A DNA stretch of 64,000 nt from contig CAJKOX010000007.1 in NCBI GenBank assembly GCA_905201705.1, positions 62,866-126,865 of the forward strand, written 5' to 3'. The notes under the pieces are model-generated. The model saw only the letters and a list, made by a program, of their open reading frames with translations, made no database searches and was not told the origin of the DNA. Origin of the DNA: an uncultured Marvinbryantia sp. Lineage in GTDB: Bacteria > Bacillota > Clostridia > Lachnospirales > Lachnospiraceae. The translations under genes were made by a program, and so were the position numbers. Position 1 is the stretch's first letter; each line of letters opens with the position of its first letter. Of this stretch, positions 50,970 through 60,815 are shown piece after piece.

Positions 50970-51938
50970 ATGGGAAAATATATAGCAAAACGAATTTTAT
51001 GGATGATTCCCATCGTTCTGGGTGTTGCGATCCTGGTATTTACTTTAATGACTTTCTGTCCGGGCGATCCGGCAGCAACGATCCTCGGAAGCACTGCGAC
51101 AGAAGTGGAACTGGCAGCAAAGAGAGAGGAGCTGGGCCTGAATGATCCCTTTATCGTTCGTCTGGCAGATTATCTGAGTGATGTTTTTATTCATTTTGAT
51201 CTTGGAAAATCCTGGATCACCAATGTAGACATTATGGAGTCTATTATAGAACGCTTACCGCGTACTCTGATACTGACGCTGGTAACAATGCTGATCTCTT
51301 TTGGTCTTGGCATTCCGCTTGGCGTTTTTGCGGCGACGCATCAGAACCGCTGGCAGGACAGCCTTTCCATGGTGATCGCTCTGGTCGGCGTATCTATTCC
51401 GAATTTCTGGCTGGCGCTGCTTTTGATCATTTTGTTTTCTGTTAATCTTGGGTGGCTACCGGCGATGGGTATTGAAGCGGGGCTGAAATCTTATATTCTG
51501 CCTGCCCTTTCCGGATGCATGGGCGGTCTTGCCACCTGTGCAAGACAGACGCGCTCGTCGATGCTGGATGTTATCCGTGCAGATTATATTACGACCGCGC
51601 GCTCCAAGGGCGTGCCGGAGGGAACCGTTATCATGAAGCACGCGCTGAAAAACGGACTGATCCCGATCATCACCATGATGGGAAGTACCTTTGGGCATCT
51701 TCTGGGAGGCATGGTTATCATTGAATCCATATTTTCTCTTCCGGGTATGGGAACCTATATTATCGGCGCTGTTAATAACCGTGATTACCCGATCGTACAG
51801 GGAGGAACGATTTTCCTTGCTATTTCTTTCAGTTTCTGCATGCTGCTCGTTGACCTTATGTATGCTGCCGTTGATCCCCGTATCAAAGCGCAGTATGCTT
51901 CCGCGAAGAAAGTGAAGAAGGGGAAAGAGAATGGCTAA
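50970..51938 (+). CDS. oppB: Opp/Dpp-type ABC permease
   Basis: PGDPA, DLGKSW, ADYITTARSKG, HALKN, RDYPIVQG. Confidence 0.88.
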   Translation: MGKYIAKRILWMIPIVLGVAILVFTLMTFCPGDPAATILGSTATEVELAAKREELGLNDPFIVRLADYLSDVFIHFDLGKSWITNVDIMESIIERLPRTLILTLVTMLISFGLGIPLGVFAATHQNRWQDSLSMVIALVGVSIPNFWLALLLIILFSVNLGWLPAMGIEAGLKSYILPALSGCMGGLATCARQTRSSMLDVIRADYITTARSKGVPEGTVIMKHALKNGLIPIITMMGSTFGHLLGGMVIIESIFSLPGMGTYIIGAVNNRDYPIVQGGTIFLAISFSFCMLLVDLMYAAVDPRIKAQYASAKKVKKGKENG

Positions 51939-52794
51939 GACGAAGACAAAGAAGAAAAGTGAATTTGCAAGAATTATGAGACAGCTCAGCAAGAACAAGC
52001 TGGCTATGCTGGGATTGATTATTTTTATTATTGAGGTTGTTCTGGCTATTCTGGCGCCTTATATTGCGCCTTACAAGTACGATGCAATGGATATGACGCA
52101 GATGTTTGCCCTGCCTTCTGCGCAGCATTTCTTTGGCTGTGATGATATGGGGCGCGATATTTTCAGTCGTATTCTCTATGGAGCGAAATATTCCATTTCC
52201 ATTGGTATCCTGGCAATTCTTCTGGCGACTGTGATCGGCATGTTTATCGGAGCGGTTGCCGGTTATTTTGGCGGCTGGGTGGACAACCTGATCATGCGTC
52301 TTCTGGACGTTATTCAGGCGATTCCGGGTATGCTGATGATGATCGTTATTTCCGCAGTGCTGGGGCCTGGCTATATCAATACGATTATTGCGATGGCGTT
52401 CGGGTCGATTCCCGGTATGGCGCGCATGCTGCGTGCCCAGATGCTCAAGGAGCGCGGAAACGAATATATTGAAGCTTCTACTTCGATTAACTGCAGCACG
52501 CCGAGAATCATTATAAGTCATCTGATCCCAAACTGTATGTCGCCGATCATTGTGCAGGCGACCATGGGCGTTGCGCAGACAATTACACTGGCAGCAGGTC
52601 TTAGCTTTATCGGTCTTGGCATTCAGCCGCCGATCCCGGAGTGGGGCGCAATGCTTTCCAGCGCGCGTCAGTTTATTCGTATGTATCCCCATCTGGTTAT
52701 TTTCCCGGGACTTGCGATCGCTGTTACCGTGCTTGCGCTGAACCTTCTGGGAGACGGTCTGCGCGATGCTCTGGACCCGAAGCTGAAAAATTAA
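51931..52794 (+). CDS. oppC: Opp/Dpp-type ABC permease
   Basis: GCDDMGRDIFSR, PEWGAML, NLLGDGLRDALDP. Confidence 0.88.
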   Translation: MAKTKTKKKSEFARIMRQLSKNKLAMLGLIIFIIEVVLAILAPYIAPYKYDAMDMTQMFALPSAQHFFGCDDMGRDIFSRILYGAKYSISIGILAILLATVIGMFIGAVAGYFGGWVDNLIMRLLDVIQAIPGMLMMIVISAVLGPGYINTIIAMAFGSIPGMARMLRAQMLKERGNEYIEASTSINCSTPRIIISHLIPNCMSPIIVQATMGVAQTITLAAGLSFIGLGIQPPIPEWGAMLSSARQFIRMYPHLVIFPGLAIAVTVLALNLLGDGLRDALDPKLKN

Positions 52795-52809
52795 GGGAGG
52801 AGACTTGAT

Positions 52810-53808
52810 ATGGCACAGGAAGAAAAGAAAAACATGCCGTTTCTGCAGGTGGACGACCTTGTAGTGGAATATATGTCCGATGGGGAAGTGGTCCATGCGG
52901 TAAACGGAGTACATCTGACACTGGAGAGAGGAAAAACACTGGGACTGGTAGGGGAGACCGGCGCCGGAAAGACGACCATCGCAAAGTCGATCCTGCGCAT
53001 CCTGCCGGATGTTGGCTGTAAGATCAAAGAAGGAAAGGTACATCTGGACGGCAGGGAGCTTCTGAATCTGCCGGAGGTGGAGATGCGGAAAATCCGCGGA
53101 AATAATATCTCTATGATTTTCCAGGATCCGATGACGGCGCTGAATCCGGTTATGAAGGTGGGCGATCAGATCGCAGAAGTAGTCCGTCTTCATTCAGAGC
53201 ATGGGGACAAGGCACACGCTGCGGAGCGTGCAAAGGAGATGCTGGAGATCGTTGGAATCCCGGCGGACCGTTACGACGAATATCCGCACCAGTTTTCCGG
53301 CGGAATGAAGCAGCGTGTAGTGATCGCTATCGCGCTTGCATGTAACCCGGATCTGCTTCTTGCGGATGAGCCGACGACGGCGCTGGATGTGACGATCCAG
53401 GCGCAGGTGCTGGATCTGATCGCAGATCTGAGAGAGAAATATAATACCGCAATGCTGCTGATCACGCACGACCTTGGCGTTGTTGCGCAGGTGTGCGATA
53501 ATGTTGCGGTTATCTATGCAGGCAGCATTGTAGAGTACGGTACGAAAGAGCAGATTTTTGATCATCCGTCTCATCCGTACACGAAGGGACTGTTTGCGGC
53601 AATCCCGGATATGAATGAGGATGAGGAATGGCTGCATCCCATTGAGGGGCTTCCGCCGGATCCGACGAATCTGCCGCAGGGCTGCGCGTTCCATCCGCGC
53701 TGCAAATATGCGACGGACGCCTGTAAAAATGGCGCTGTTTCGATGGCAAAGACAGCAGACGGACATGATTGCCGCTGCTGCCGGTTGAATGAGATAAAGG
53801 AGGGATGA
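52810..53808 (+). CDS. oppD: Opp/Dpp-type ABC ATPase
   Basis: GETGAGKT, YPHQFSGGMKQR, DEPTTALDV, GCAFHPRC. Confidence 0.9.
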   Translation: MAQEEKKNMPFLQVDDLVVEYMSDGEVVHAVNGVHLTLERGKTLGLVGETGAGKTTIAKSILRILPDVGCKIKEGKVHLDGRELLNLPEVEMRKIRGNNISMIFQDPMTALNPVMKVGDQIAEVVRLHSEHGDKAHAAERAKEMLEIVGIPADRYDEYPHQFSGGMKQRVVIAIALACNPDLLLADEPTTALDVTIQAQVLDLIADLREKYNTAMLLITHDLGVVAQVCDNVAVIYAGSIVEYGTKEQIFDHPSHPYTKGLFAAIPDMNEDEEWLHPIEGLPPDPTNLPQGCAFHPRCKYATDACKNGAVSMAKTADGHDCRCCRLNEIKEG

Positions 53809-54761
53809 GTATGCAGCCGGTAATAGAAGTGAAAAATTTAAAGAAGTTTTTTACCACGCCCCGCGGAATGCTTCATGCAGTGGACGACGTGACATTTACC
53901 ATTGAAAAGGGAAAGACGCTTGGCGTGGTGGGAGAATCCGGATGCGGAAAATCCACCCTTGGCCGTACTATCATCCATCTGCATGAGAGCACCGGCGGAC
54001 AGATTTTTCTGAACGGGCGCGACATTACAAAGCTGGACAAAAAGCAGCTCCGTGAGGCGCGTGAGAAGATGCAGATTATTTTCCAGGATCCGTACTCGTC
54101 TATTGATCCGCGAAAGACAATTGACGCGACGGTGCGCGAGCCGCTGAAGGTATCAAAGAAATTTACAAAGCAGCAGATAGAGGAAAAAACACAGGAGCTG
54201 ATGGAGCTTGTAGGAATCGACGAGCGTCTGCGGATGGCATATCCGCATGAGCTGGACGGCGGACGCCGCCAGAGAGTCGGCATTGCCCGCGCGCTCGCTC
54301 TGGATCCGGAGTTTGTGGTATGCGACGAGCCGGTGTCAGCGCTGGACGTATCCATCCAGGCGCAGGTACTTAACCTGTTGAAAAAGCTGCAGCAGGATAA
54401 AGGGCTCACCTACATGTTTGTAACGCACGATATGTCGGTTGTGCGTCATATTTCGGATGATATCTGCGTTATGTATCTGGGACAGATGGTGGAAAAATGT
54501 GAATCCAAAGAGCTGTTCCGTAATCCGATGCATCCGTATACCAGGGCACTGCTCTCCGCGATCCCGTCTGTGGATATCCACAATCCGATCAAGCGTGAGA
54601 TTTTAAAGGGCGAGATCACCTCGCCGGTAAATCCGAAGCCGGGCTGCCGTTTTGCCGCGCGCTGCAAGTACGCGACAGAAGCGTGTCATCAGCCGCAGGT
54701 GCAGGAGGAAGTATCACCGGGACATTTTGTAACATGCTGCAGAGTGCATGAGGTAAACTAA
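53805..54761 (+). CDS. oppF: Opp/Dpp-type ABC ATPase
   Basis: GESGCGKST, DEPVSALDVSIQAQ, GCRFAARC. Confidence 0.9.
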   Translation: MSMQPVIEVKNLKKFFTTPRGMLHAVDDVTFTIEKGKTLGVVGESGCGKSTLGRTIIHLHESTGGQIFLNGRDITKLDKKQLREAREKMQIIFQDPYSSIDPRKTIDATVREPLKVSKKFTKQQIEEKTQELMELVGIDERLRMAYPHELDGGRRQRVGIARALALDPEFVVCDEPVSALDVSIQAQVLNLLKKLQQDKGLTYMFVTHDMSVVRHISDDICVMYLGQMVEKCESKELFRNPMHPYTRALLSAIPSVDIHNPIKREILKGEITSPVNPKPGCRFAARCKYATEACHQPQVQEEVSPGHFVTCCRVHEVN

Positions 54762-54778
54762 ACAAAATAATATTTTTT

Positions 54779-54809
54779 CAGAGGCAGCTTCGTATCGAAA
54801 CTGCCTCTG
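54779..54809. terminator. Terminator hairpin between convergent oppF and lacI-type gene
   Basis: CAGAGGCAG...CTGCCTCTG inverted repeat. Confidence 0.65.
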
Positions 54810-54823
54810 GCTGCAGATGGAAA

Positions 54824-55861
54824 TTACGGAGAAAAGATGAGACTGGTGTCCAGTATTTCATGCCGGACAGTGCCGCTGGTGATTTTTTCGATGATAAGGG
54901 ATGCGCAGTGGCAGCCAACCTCATAATGGGAATGTACGGTATAGCTGAGATTTTTCCAGAGTCTTATATTTAAAGGCCCCTCCGCAAGGCTGCCGATTTG
55001 GAGACGGGAGGTGCGGGCAGCTGCGCTGGCATAGACTGCTTCTACATAAATGCCCCAACTGCAGAGGATCGCGTCGTTTTCGGACATAAAGGGAACCGTC
55101 TGCTGCATTATGGAAATCAGCTCGTCAAGAAAGCTGTAAAGGGATGAGGAAGCCCGACCATCCGGACTATTTCCCTTTAGATGATGGATTGTGCGGATAT
55201 CCGCTGTTACATCCGGATGCAGGGACAGCGCGGCTTTTACTCCGGCTTCCCGTTCGCGCTCCTGGAGGGAATCCATATCCGGGCGCAGATAAAGAAGTCG
55301 TGACGCTCCATGCTCCAACAGATAGGAGGCATGACAGTATGCGTCATTATAATAGTCAAAATCAACGGAGGAGATATCAACGCCGGCATGACGGCAGTCG
55401 AGGGCGACTGTTGGAATGTGGTATTTCGTCAGGAGCGCCTGGGTATCCGAAGGAATATCTGTTCCGTTTTCTCCAATGTAAATCAGTCCGTCAATCTTAT
55501 GCTGAAGATAGCAGTATACATATTCCGGGAGATTGTCCTGGTGAATGGTATTTGAACAGAACAGGGCATTGTATTTTTGCCGTTCCAGACTGTCACGGAT
55601 ACCGTCGATCGTCTGGGAATAGCGGTGATGGGAAAGCGGATTGCTCATTACAATGCCAACGCAAAAGGTCTGTCGGGAGCGCAATGCTTTTGCAGCGCTG
55701 CTTGGGATATAATGCAGCTTTTTGGCTGCTTCCAGTACCTTCTGCGTTGTTGCAGCGGAAATCGTCTGATTGGGATTCTGATTTAATACGTATGAGACTG
55801 TCATGGCGGAAACGCCGGCCTCTTTTGCGATATCGCGGATAGTTGTTTTCTGGTGATTCAT
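54824..55861 (-). CDS. LacI-family transcriptional regulator
   Basis: TIRDIAKEAGVSAMTVSYVLN HTH, YIPSSAAKALR hinge. Confidence 0.93.
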   Translation of the reverse strand: MNHQKTTIRDIAKEAGVSAMTVSYVLNQNPNQTISAATTQKVLEAAKKLHYIPSSAAKALRSRQTFCVGIVMSNPLSHHRYSQTIDGIRDSLERQKYNALFCSNTIHQDNLPEYVYCYLQHKIDGLIYIGENGTDIPSDTQALLTKYHIPTVALDCRHAGVDISSVDFDYYNDAYCHASYLLEHGASRLLYLRPDMDSLQEREREAGVKAALSLHPDVTADIRTIHHLKGNSPDGRASSSLYSFLDELISIMQQTVPFMSENDAILCSWGIYVEAVYASAAARTSRLQIGSLAEGPLNIRLWKNLSYTVHSHYEVGCHCASLIIEKITSGTVRHEILDTSLIFSP

Positions 55862-55884
55862 AAAAATTCCTCATTTTTGATTAA

Positions 55885-56083
55885 TGTAACGATAAAGCAA
55901 TTATAGCGGAGAAAATGAAAAATGTCTATCCGGCATCCATAAAAATGCAGTATGGATATTATATACAAAAATACAGAAGCAGAATTGTCAAAAATTACAA
56001 TTGAAAATTAATTTAATTTATTATATACTGTAAATATCCTTTAAGGGATTTTTATTTTACCCAAATACTTTAACGATAAAGTA
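55885..56083. promoter_or_regulatory. Divergent promoter region with two LacI-type operators
   Basis: TACTTTAACGATAAAGTA (56066-56083, palindrome with central CG) and TGTAACGATAAAG (55885-55897); TTGAAA-17-TATACT at 56001-56029. Confidence 0.7.
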
Positions 56084-56106
56084 ACAAGATATTAGGAGGA
56101 ATAAGT

Positions 56107-57120
56107 ATGATTCTGAACAAGAAAATAGTGGCAGAGGAACCGGGCAGGGTCGAGGTCGTGGAAGATACGCTGGATGAGAGTGCTCTGCAGGATAATGAGA
56201 TTCTGGTTAAAAAGAAATATTCTCTGGTCAGCGCCGGAACGGAGTCAGCGTGCATTACCGGAAAGGAATTATGGTTTTCTCTGCCGGGGACGCTGGGCTA
56301 CAGCGCGGTAGGTGAAATTACAGCGGCAGGTGACAGAGCAAAGAAGTATCAGGTGGGAGACATTGTTTACTTCCAGGGAAAACACAGTGCGTATGAGATC
56401 ATAGACGAAAAGGACGTATTGCTGAAGGTTTCCGATATTGAACATCTGGAATATATTCCTTTTCTGCGTATGGCAGCGATTTCTTCTTCTGCAGTGAGAG
56501 CGTCAGAGATTGAATTCGGAGATTTTGTTCTGGTAGTTGGACAGGGGCTGATTGGTCTGATGGCAATGCAGCTTGCGAGGCTTCAGGGAGCGAGAGTGCT
56601 GGTATCGGATACCTCTGCAAAGCGCCTTGCACTGGCAAAGGAGCTTGGGGCCGATTATACGCTGAATCCTGCTGCGGATGATATGGGCGCTGCGATCAGC
56701 GAAATAACAAAAGGAACAAAGGTGGATACGCTGATCGATGCTACGGGAAGTTCTAAAGTTATCTGCGATAATCTGCAGCATGTAAAAATAGGAGGGGAAG
56801 CGATTCTTCTTGGTTCCCCGCGGGCGCCTTATGAAGCAAATGTTACACAGATATTCCAGTATATTCATCAGTTCCGATATCGCATTGACGTAAAAGGAGC
56901 GCATGAATCCCGCTATCCGAAATATCATACGCCTTATGTTAAGCATTCGACGCAGCGGACTCTTGAAATATTGTTGGATTTTCTCAGGACGGGACGATTC
57001 CAGGTGGCGCCTATGCTGACGCAGCTGCTTCCGCCGCAGAAGGCCCCGGAGGTATACCGGCATCTGGCAAAGGGAGACGAGGATTATCTTGGCATTGTAT
57101 ATGATTGGACAAAGGATTGA
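56107..57120 (+). CDS. MDR (zinc-binding alcohol dehydrogenase superfamily) oxidoreductase, YcjQ-like
   Basis: SLVSAGTE...LGYSAVG, VVGQGLIG, IDATG; lacks the canonical GHE and structural-Zn cysteines. Confidence 0.8.
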   Translation: MILNKKIVAEEPGRVEVVEDTLDESALQDNEILVKKKYSLVSAGTESACITGKELWFSLPGTLGYSAVGEITAAGDRAKKYQVGDIVYFQGKHSAYEIIDEKDVLLKVSDIEHLEYIPFLRMAAISSSAVRASEIEFGDFVLVVGQGLIGLMAMQLARLQGARVLVSDTSAKRLALAKELGADYTLNPAADDMGAAISEITKGTKVDTLIDATGSSKVICDNLQHVKIGGEAILLGSPRAPYEANVTQIFQYIHQFRYRIDVKGAHESRYPKYHTPYVKHSTQRTLEILLDFLRTGRFQVAPMLTQLLPPQKAPEVYRHLAKGDEDYLGIVYDWTKD

Positions 57121-57141
57121 GGCGAAAGAGAGGAAAACAGA

Positions 57142-58221
57142 ATGGGAAAATTAAGGGCAGGGATCATCGGCACGGGAATAGCGACCGGGATTTCTTATGC
57201 ACATTATATTGGCTATCAGAAATCAGAGTGCGCGTATGTGACGGCGGTTTATAACAGGAGAACGGAATCGGCGGAAGCATGGTGCCGAAAATATGGGATT
57301 GAGGGAGTAAAGGTGTGTCGTTCTCTGGAAGATTTTTTTAAGGAAGTAGATATTGTCAGTATTTGCACGCCAAATGATACGCATGTGCAATACATAAAAG
57401 AATGTCTGAAAGCTGGAAAGCACGTACTTTGTGAAAAACCTGTAGGGGCGGGGGAGGAGAAACTGGCTGATTTAGAAAAAGAATGCCGGAAAGCAGGGGG
57501 CGTGCAGATGGTGGATTTCAATTATCGAAAAATACCGGGAATCCATTTTCTGAGTGAAATTAATAAACAGGGCGCGCTGGGAGAGATTGTTTTATACCGC
57601 CATACGATGGGAGCCGGACGGCTGGCAAATGAAATGGTCGGCTTTGAGTGGCGGATGGACCGCAAATGTTCCGGGAGCGGCTCTCTTGGAGATTTTGGCT
57701 CTCATATTTTGGATACCATGCTTTTTATTACCGGAAAAAGACCGGAGGATATCTGCTGCAGTCAGTCGATGGAAAAGATACAGATAAAAGAACGGATGTG
57801 CAATGGAATCTCAAGAGCTGTGGAAAATGACGACTGCGCCGTTGTACAGGGAGTGTTGGGAAAAGAAACGTTATTTACCTTTTTTACGAGCCGCGTGGGG
57901 GGTCTTGGAAACAGGCTCGAAATAATTGGCACAAAAGCGATTGCCTCCTTTTCTATGGACAAACCATATGAAGTGCTGCTGGAGATAAGGGAGCCGGGCG
58001 CAGGCTTTAGCGGCCTTATGAAGGTTTGCACAGCGGAGGGCGGAGAAATAGAAAAGTTTCTGACGGAAGCGCCGAACGCAATGGCAGCGGCGTGCAGCTG
58101 TAATGCAGCGGATTTTGCAAAGCATGCGGCAGAAAGAAGGGATGCGGCTGCGTCGCTGATTTATGGAATTCGGGTGGAAAGGGTGCTGGATGAGATGGAT
58201 AAAAAGGCTGTATGCCTTTAA
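57142..58221 (+). CDS. Gfo/Idh/MocA-family oxidoreductase
   Basis: AGIIGTG, CTPNDTH, GKHVLCEKP, GSLGDFGSHILD. Confidence 0.9.
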   Translation: MGKLRAGIIGTGIATGISYAHYIGYQKSECAYVTAVYNRRTESAEAWCRKYGIEGVKVCRSLEDFFKEVDIVSICTPNDTHVQYIKECLKAGKHVLCEKPVGAGEEKLADLEKECRKAGGVQMVDFNYRKIPGIHFLSEINKQGALGEIVLYRHTMGAGRLANEMVGFEWRMDRKCSGSGSLGDFGSHILDTMLFITGKRPEDICCSQSMEKIQIKERMCNGISRAVENDDCAVVQGVLGKETLFTFFTSRVGGLGNRLEIIGTKAIASFSMDKPYEVLLEIREPGAGFSGLMKVCTAEGGEIEKFLTEAPNAMAAACSCNAADFAKHAAERRDAAASLIYGIRVERVLDEMDKKAVCL

Positions 58222-58243
58222 AAAATGAAAGGAGAACAACAAT

Positions 58244-59800
58244 ATGAAAAAAAGAACAATGACAGTGGTACTGGCGGGGATCCTGGCGGCAGCGCTTGGC
58301 TTAAGTGCGGGCGCGGCGGATAATGCGGGGATCGCGGACGGAGTGTTAGATGTGGGATATGGGGCTGCGATCGACACGCTGACGCCGTTTCGCTCAAACG
58401 TGGCGAATGACGCGCCCTACATGATTAACCTGTATGAGTCGCTTGGATTGACAAATTCTGATGGGGAGCTGGAGCTGTGGGTCGCAAAGAGCTGGACTAC
58501 AGAGGATTATTTTACCTATGATATTGAAATTTACGATTACGTGACGGATTCAGCGGGAAACAATATCACAGCGGATGATATTGTATGGTTTATTGAGGAA
58601 GCAAAAACGCGCGGTTTGAAACCCTGCTTTACAAAGGTTGAGAGTGTGGAAAAAACAGGCGATTATACGATCCGGCTGAAGATGAATACAAATATGATCG
58701 GATCATTTGATGCGGTAATGCTGGCAACGTTTGCTGTTTCGAAGGATGCGTTTCTGGCAAGTGAAAATGAATTTGCCACACAGGCGGTTACGACATCTGC
58801 TTATGAAGTAACGGAGTTTGTTGCTTCTGCAACACTGAAGTTTGAGCGGCGCGATGATTACTGGCAGGATATTGAGCTGCTCCCAAAGGCTGTCCGGCCG
58901 CAGGTGCAGAGCTGCAAATATCATATCATAACAGAGGCCTCCCAGATGGGAATTGCTTTGGAGACAAATGTGATTGACGTGGCGATTCAGATGGATAACA
59001 GTACGGCAATTCAGTTTATAGACAATCCCGATTTTCATGTGGAGATTACGGATGGAACGAAGGGATGGACGCTGTTTTTTTCAGGCTCGGAAGAACGTCC
59101 GGCAGGAAGAGACGAAAAGCTCTGCCAGGCGATCTGCTATGCGATTGATACGGAGGCTATGGTGGTGGGTCTGTGCAACAGCGCCGAATATGGGGATGTG
59201 ATGGCGGATCCCTGCGGACAGGGGCTGATCGGTTTTGATCCGGAGTGGAAAAACGAGGATTATTACTCCTATAATCCGGAAAAGGCGAAAGAAATTCTGG
59301 CAGAATCCGATTATAATGGTGAAACGTTAAGTATTCTTTGTTCGTCCGAGACTTTTAACCAGCGTATGGCACAGATGATCCAGGCATATTGCGGAGCGGT
59401 TGGAATTAATGTAGAGCTGAACAGTCTGGATATCGCGGGCGTTATGGCAATCCGTCTGGATGGAAGTCAGTATGATATGTTTATCAATACGATTCAGGGA
59501 CCGTTTCTGGCGGATCACTGGTCTATACGATATGATCCGGCAGCATATTCCACCGGGGATGGAACAAGCAGACATGACTATGAGCTTGCGGAGCTGCTTT
59601 ATAAAACCTGGACGGTAGAAGGTTATACAAAAGAGAATATTGATGAGGTACACGATTATCTGAGAGATCATGCGATTGCTTACGGACTGATCAATCCAAA
59701 GATTTTTACTGTATGGAATAACGAGTGCGGGTTGGAAGAAGAGGTAATTGAAACATTGGGTTACATTGCGCCCACAGCATCAAAATGGACAATTTTTTAG
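58244..59800 (+). CDS. ABC substrate-binding protein family 5, paralogue of 49351-50901
   Basis: Collinear similarity, e.g. DGVLDVGYGAAIDTLTPFR vs DGVLDIGYGTAIDSLTPFR; DHWSIRYDP in both. Confidence 0.88.
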   Translation: MKKRTMTVVLAGILAAALGLSAGAADNAGIADGVLDVGYGAAIDTLTPFRSNVANDAPYMINLYESLGLTNSDGELELWVAKSWTTEDYFTYDIEIYDYVTDSAGNNITADDIVWFIEEAKTRGLKPCFTKVESVEKTGDYTIRLKMNTNMIGSFDAVMLATFAVSKDAFLASENEFATQAVTTSAYEVTEFVASATLKFERRDDYWQDIELLPKAVRPQVQSCKYHIITEASQMGIALETNVIDVAIQMDNSTAIQFIDNPDFHVEITDGTKGWTLFFSGSEERPAGRDEKLCQAICYAIDTEAMVVGLCNSAEYGDVMADPCGQGLIGFDPEWKNEDYYSYNPEKAKEILAESDYNGETLSILCSSETFNQRMAQMIQAYCGAVGINVELNSLDIAGVMAIRLDGSQYDMFINTIQGPFLADHWSIRYDPAAYSTGDGTSRHDYELAELLYKTWTVEGYTKENIDEVHDYLRDHAIAYGLINPKIFTVWNNECGLEEEVIETLGYIAPTASKWTIF

Positions 59801-59829
59801 AAAAATTCGTAATACAAAAAATAAATTAC

Positions 59830-59862
59830 AAAAGGCTCAGTCGGTTGCGGCTGAGCCTTTTT
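59830..59862 (+). terminator. Rho-independent terminator
   Basis: AAAAGGCTCAGTCG-GTTG-CGGCTGAGCCTTTTT. Confidence 0.85.
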
Positions 59863-59910
59863 GAAGAGGTAATTGTGAGAATAGCGAGCGGTATTTCATA
59901 ATGTTGTATC

Positions 59911-59939
59911 TTGACATTACAGAACATATGTTCTATAAT
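59911..59939 (+). promoter_or_regulatory. Consensus sigmaA promoter with LexA (SOS) box in the spacer
   Basis: TTGACA (59911-59916)-17-TATAAT (59934-59939); perfect palindrome AGAACATATGTTCT (59921-59934) matches the Firmicute GAAC-N4-GTTC box. Confidence 0.88.
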
Positions 59940-59984
59940 AAAGATGAAATAAAAAATATTATATAAAAATTGGGAGGAATGATG

Positions 59985-60797
59985 ATGGAGAAAGAGTACT
60001 CACCGGAAGGGTATTTGTATAAAGATGCATATTTGGGCAACAAAGATTCCTATCAAAGTAAAATAAATTACCTAGCCAAAATGGCACAGCCAGAGGAATG
60101 GGATTATCCCGGAGTTAATCAGAGCAAAGATCATTTTATTCTGAAGAACTATATCCTATATACTTATGATCAAGTAAGATATGAAGGGAAAATAGGGATA
60201 TCTTCAGATGGAAATAGTATGTGTTTTAACACGGGACTCCAAACTGTGAATGGAAATGATATATATGCATATTTTGTTAAAAATCTGAGTCCTGCTGCTC
60301 GCGAAGGACAGGATTGGTATTTTATTGGATTTAATCAGGGAGTCGATTCTAGAATGAAGTGTTTCAGCAACCTTCCGGAGATTGCAAATTATTTTACAAA
60401 TCCAGCGGATTTTATTTATGACAGATCATTGGAACTGATTATGGATTATGATCATATCATTGATGATAATTATGACAGGTTTGTGGACATTGGATATACT
60501 GATAAACATGTGATAAAAGCACTTCTGATGAGTGCAACTGTCAGCATTAAAGAGAAGATAAAAAGAAACTATAAGCTGGCAATACCACAGTACTTTACTG
60601 ATAAAGGGACAAGAGAATCAAAGATACAGCTTTTATTGCCGTTATTTTTAAAAGGAAATAATATGCATGCGGATTTAGCCTTGGTTGTTGACAAAACACA
60701 GCATAATTATATTGGAAAAACAATTCTTACATTAGAATGGGCATATGTAAACTCCAGAAGGATAGTTAAACCAGATGTTGATTGGTTAAAAATTTAG
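59985..60797 (+). CDS. DUF3825-like domain protein (AT-rich gene)
   Basis: LAKMAQPEEW, ILKNYI.YT, FNTGL, NYKLAIPQYF, IQLLLPL, ADLALVV, KTILTLEWAY.NSR pattern recalled for DUF3825. GGAGG lies 7 nt before ATG 59985 (alternative starts 59979/59982). Confidence 0.75.
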   Translation: MEKEYSPEGYLYKDAYLGNKDSYQSKINYLAKMAQPEEWDYPGVNQSKDHFILKNYILYTYDQVRYEGKIGISSDGNSMCFNTGLQTVNGNDIYAYFVKNLSPAAREGQDWYFIGFNQGVDSRMKCFSNLPEIANYFTNPADFIYDRSLELIMDYDHIIDDNYDRFVDIGYTDKHVIKALLMSATVSIKEKIKRNYKLAIPQYFTDKGTRESKIQLLLPLFLKGNNMHADLALVVDKTQHNYIGKTILTLEWAYVNSRRIVKPDVDWLKI

Positions 60798-60815
60798 CTT
60801 TTTTCAACTTTGGGG

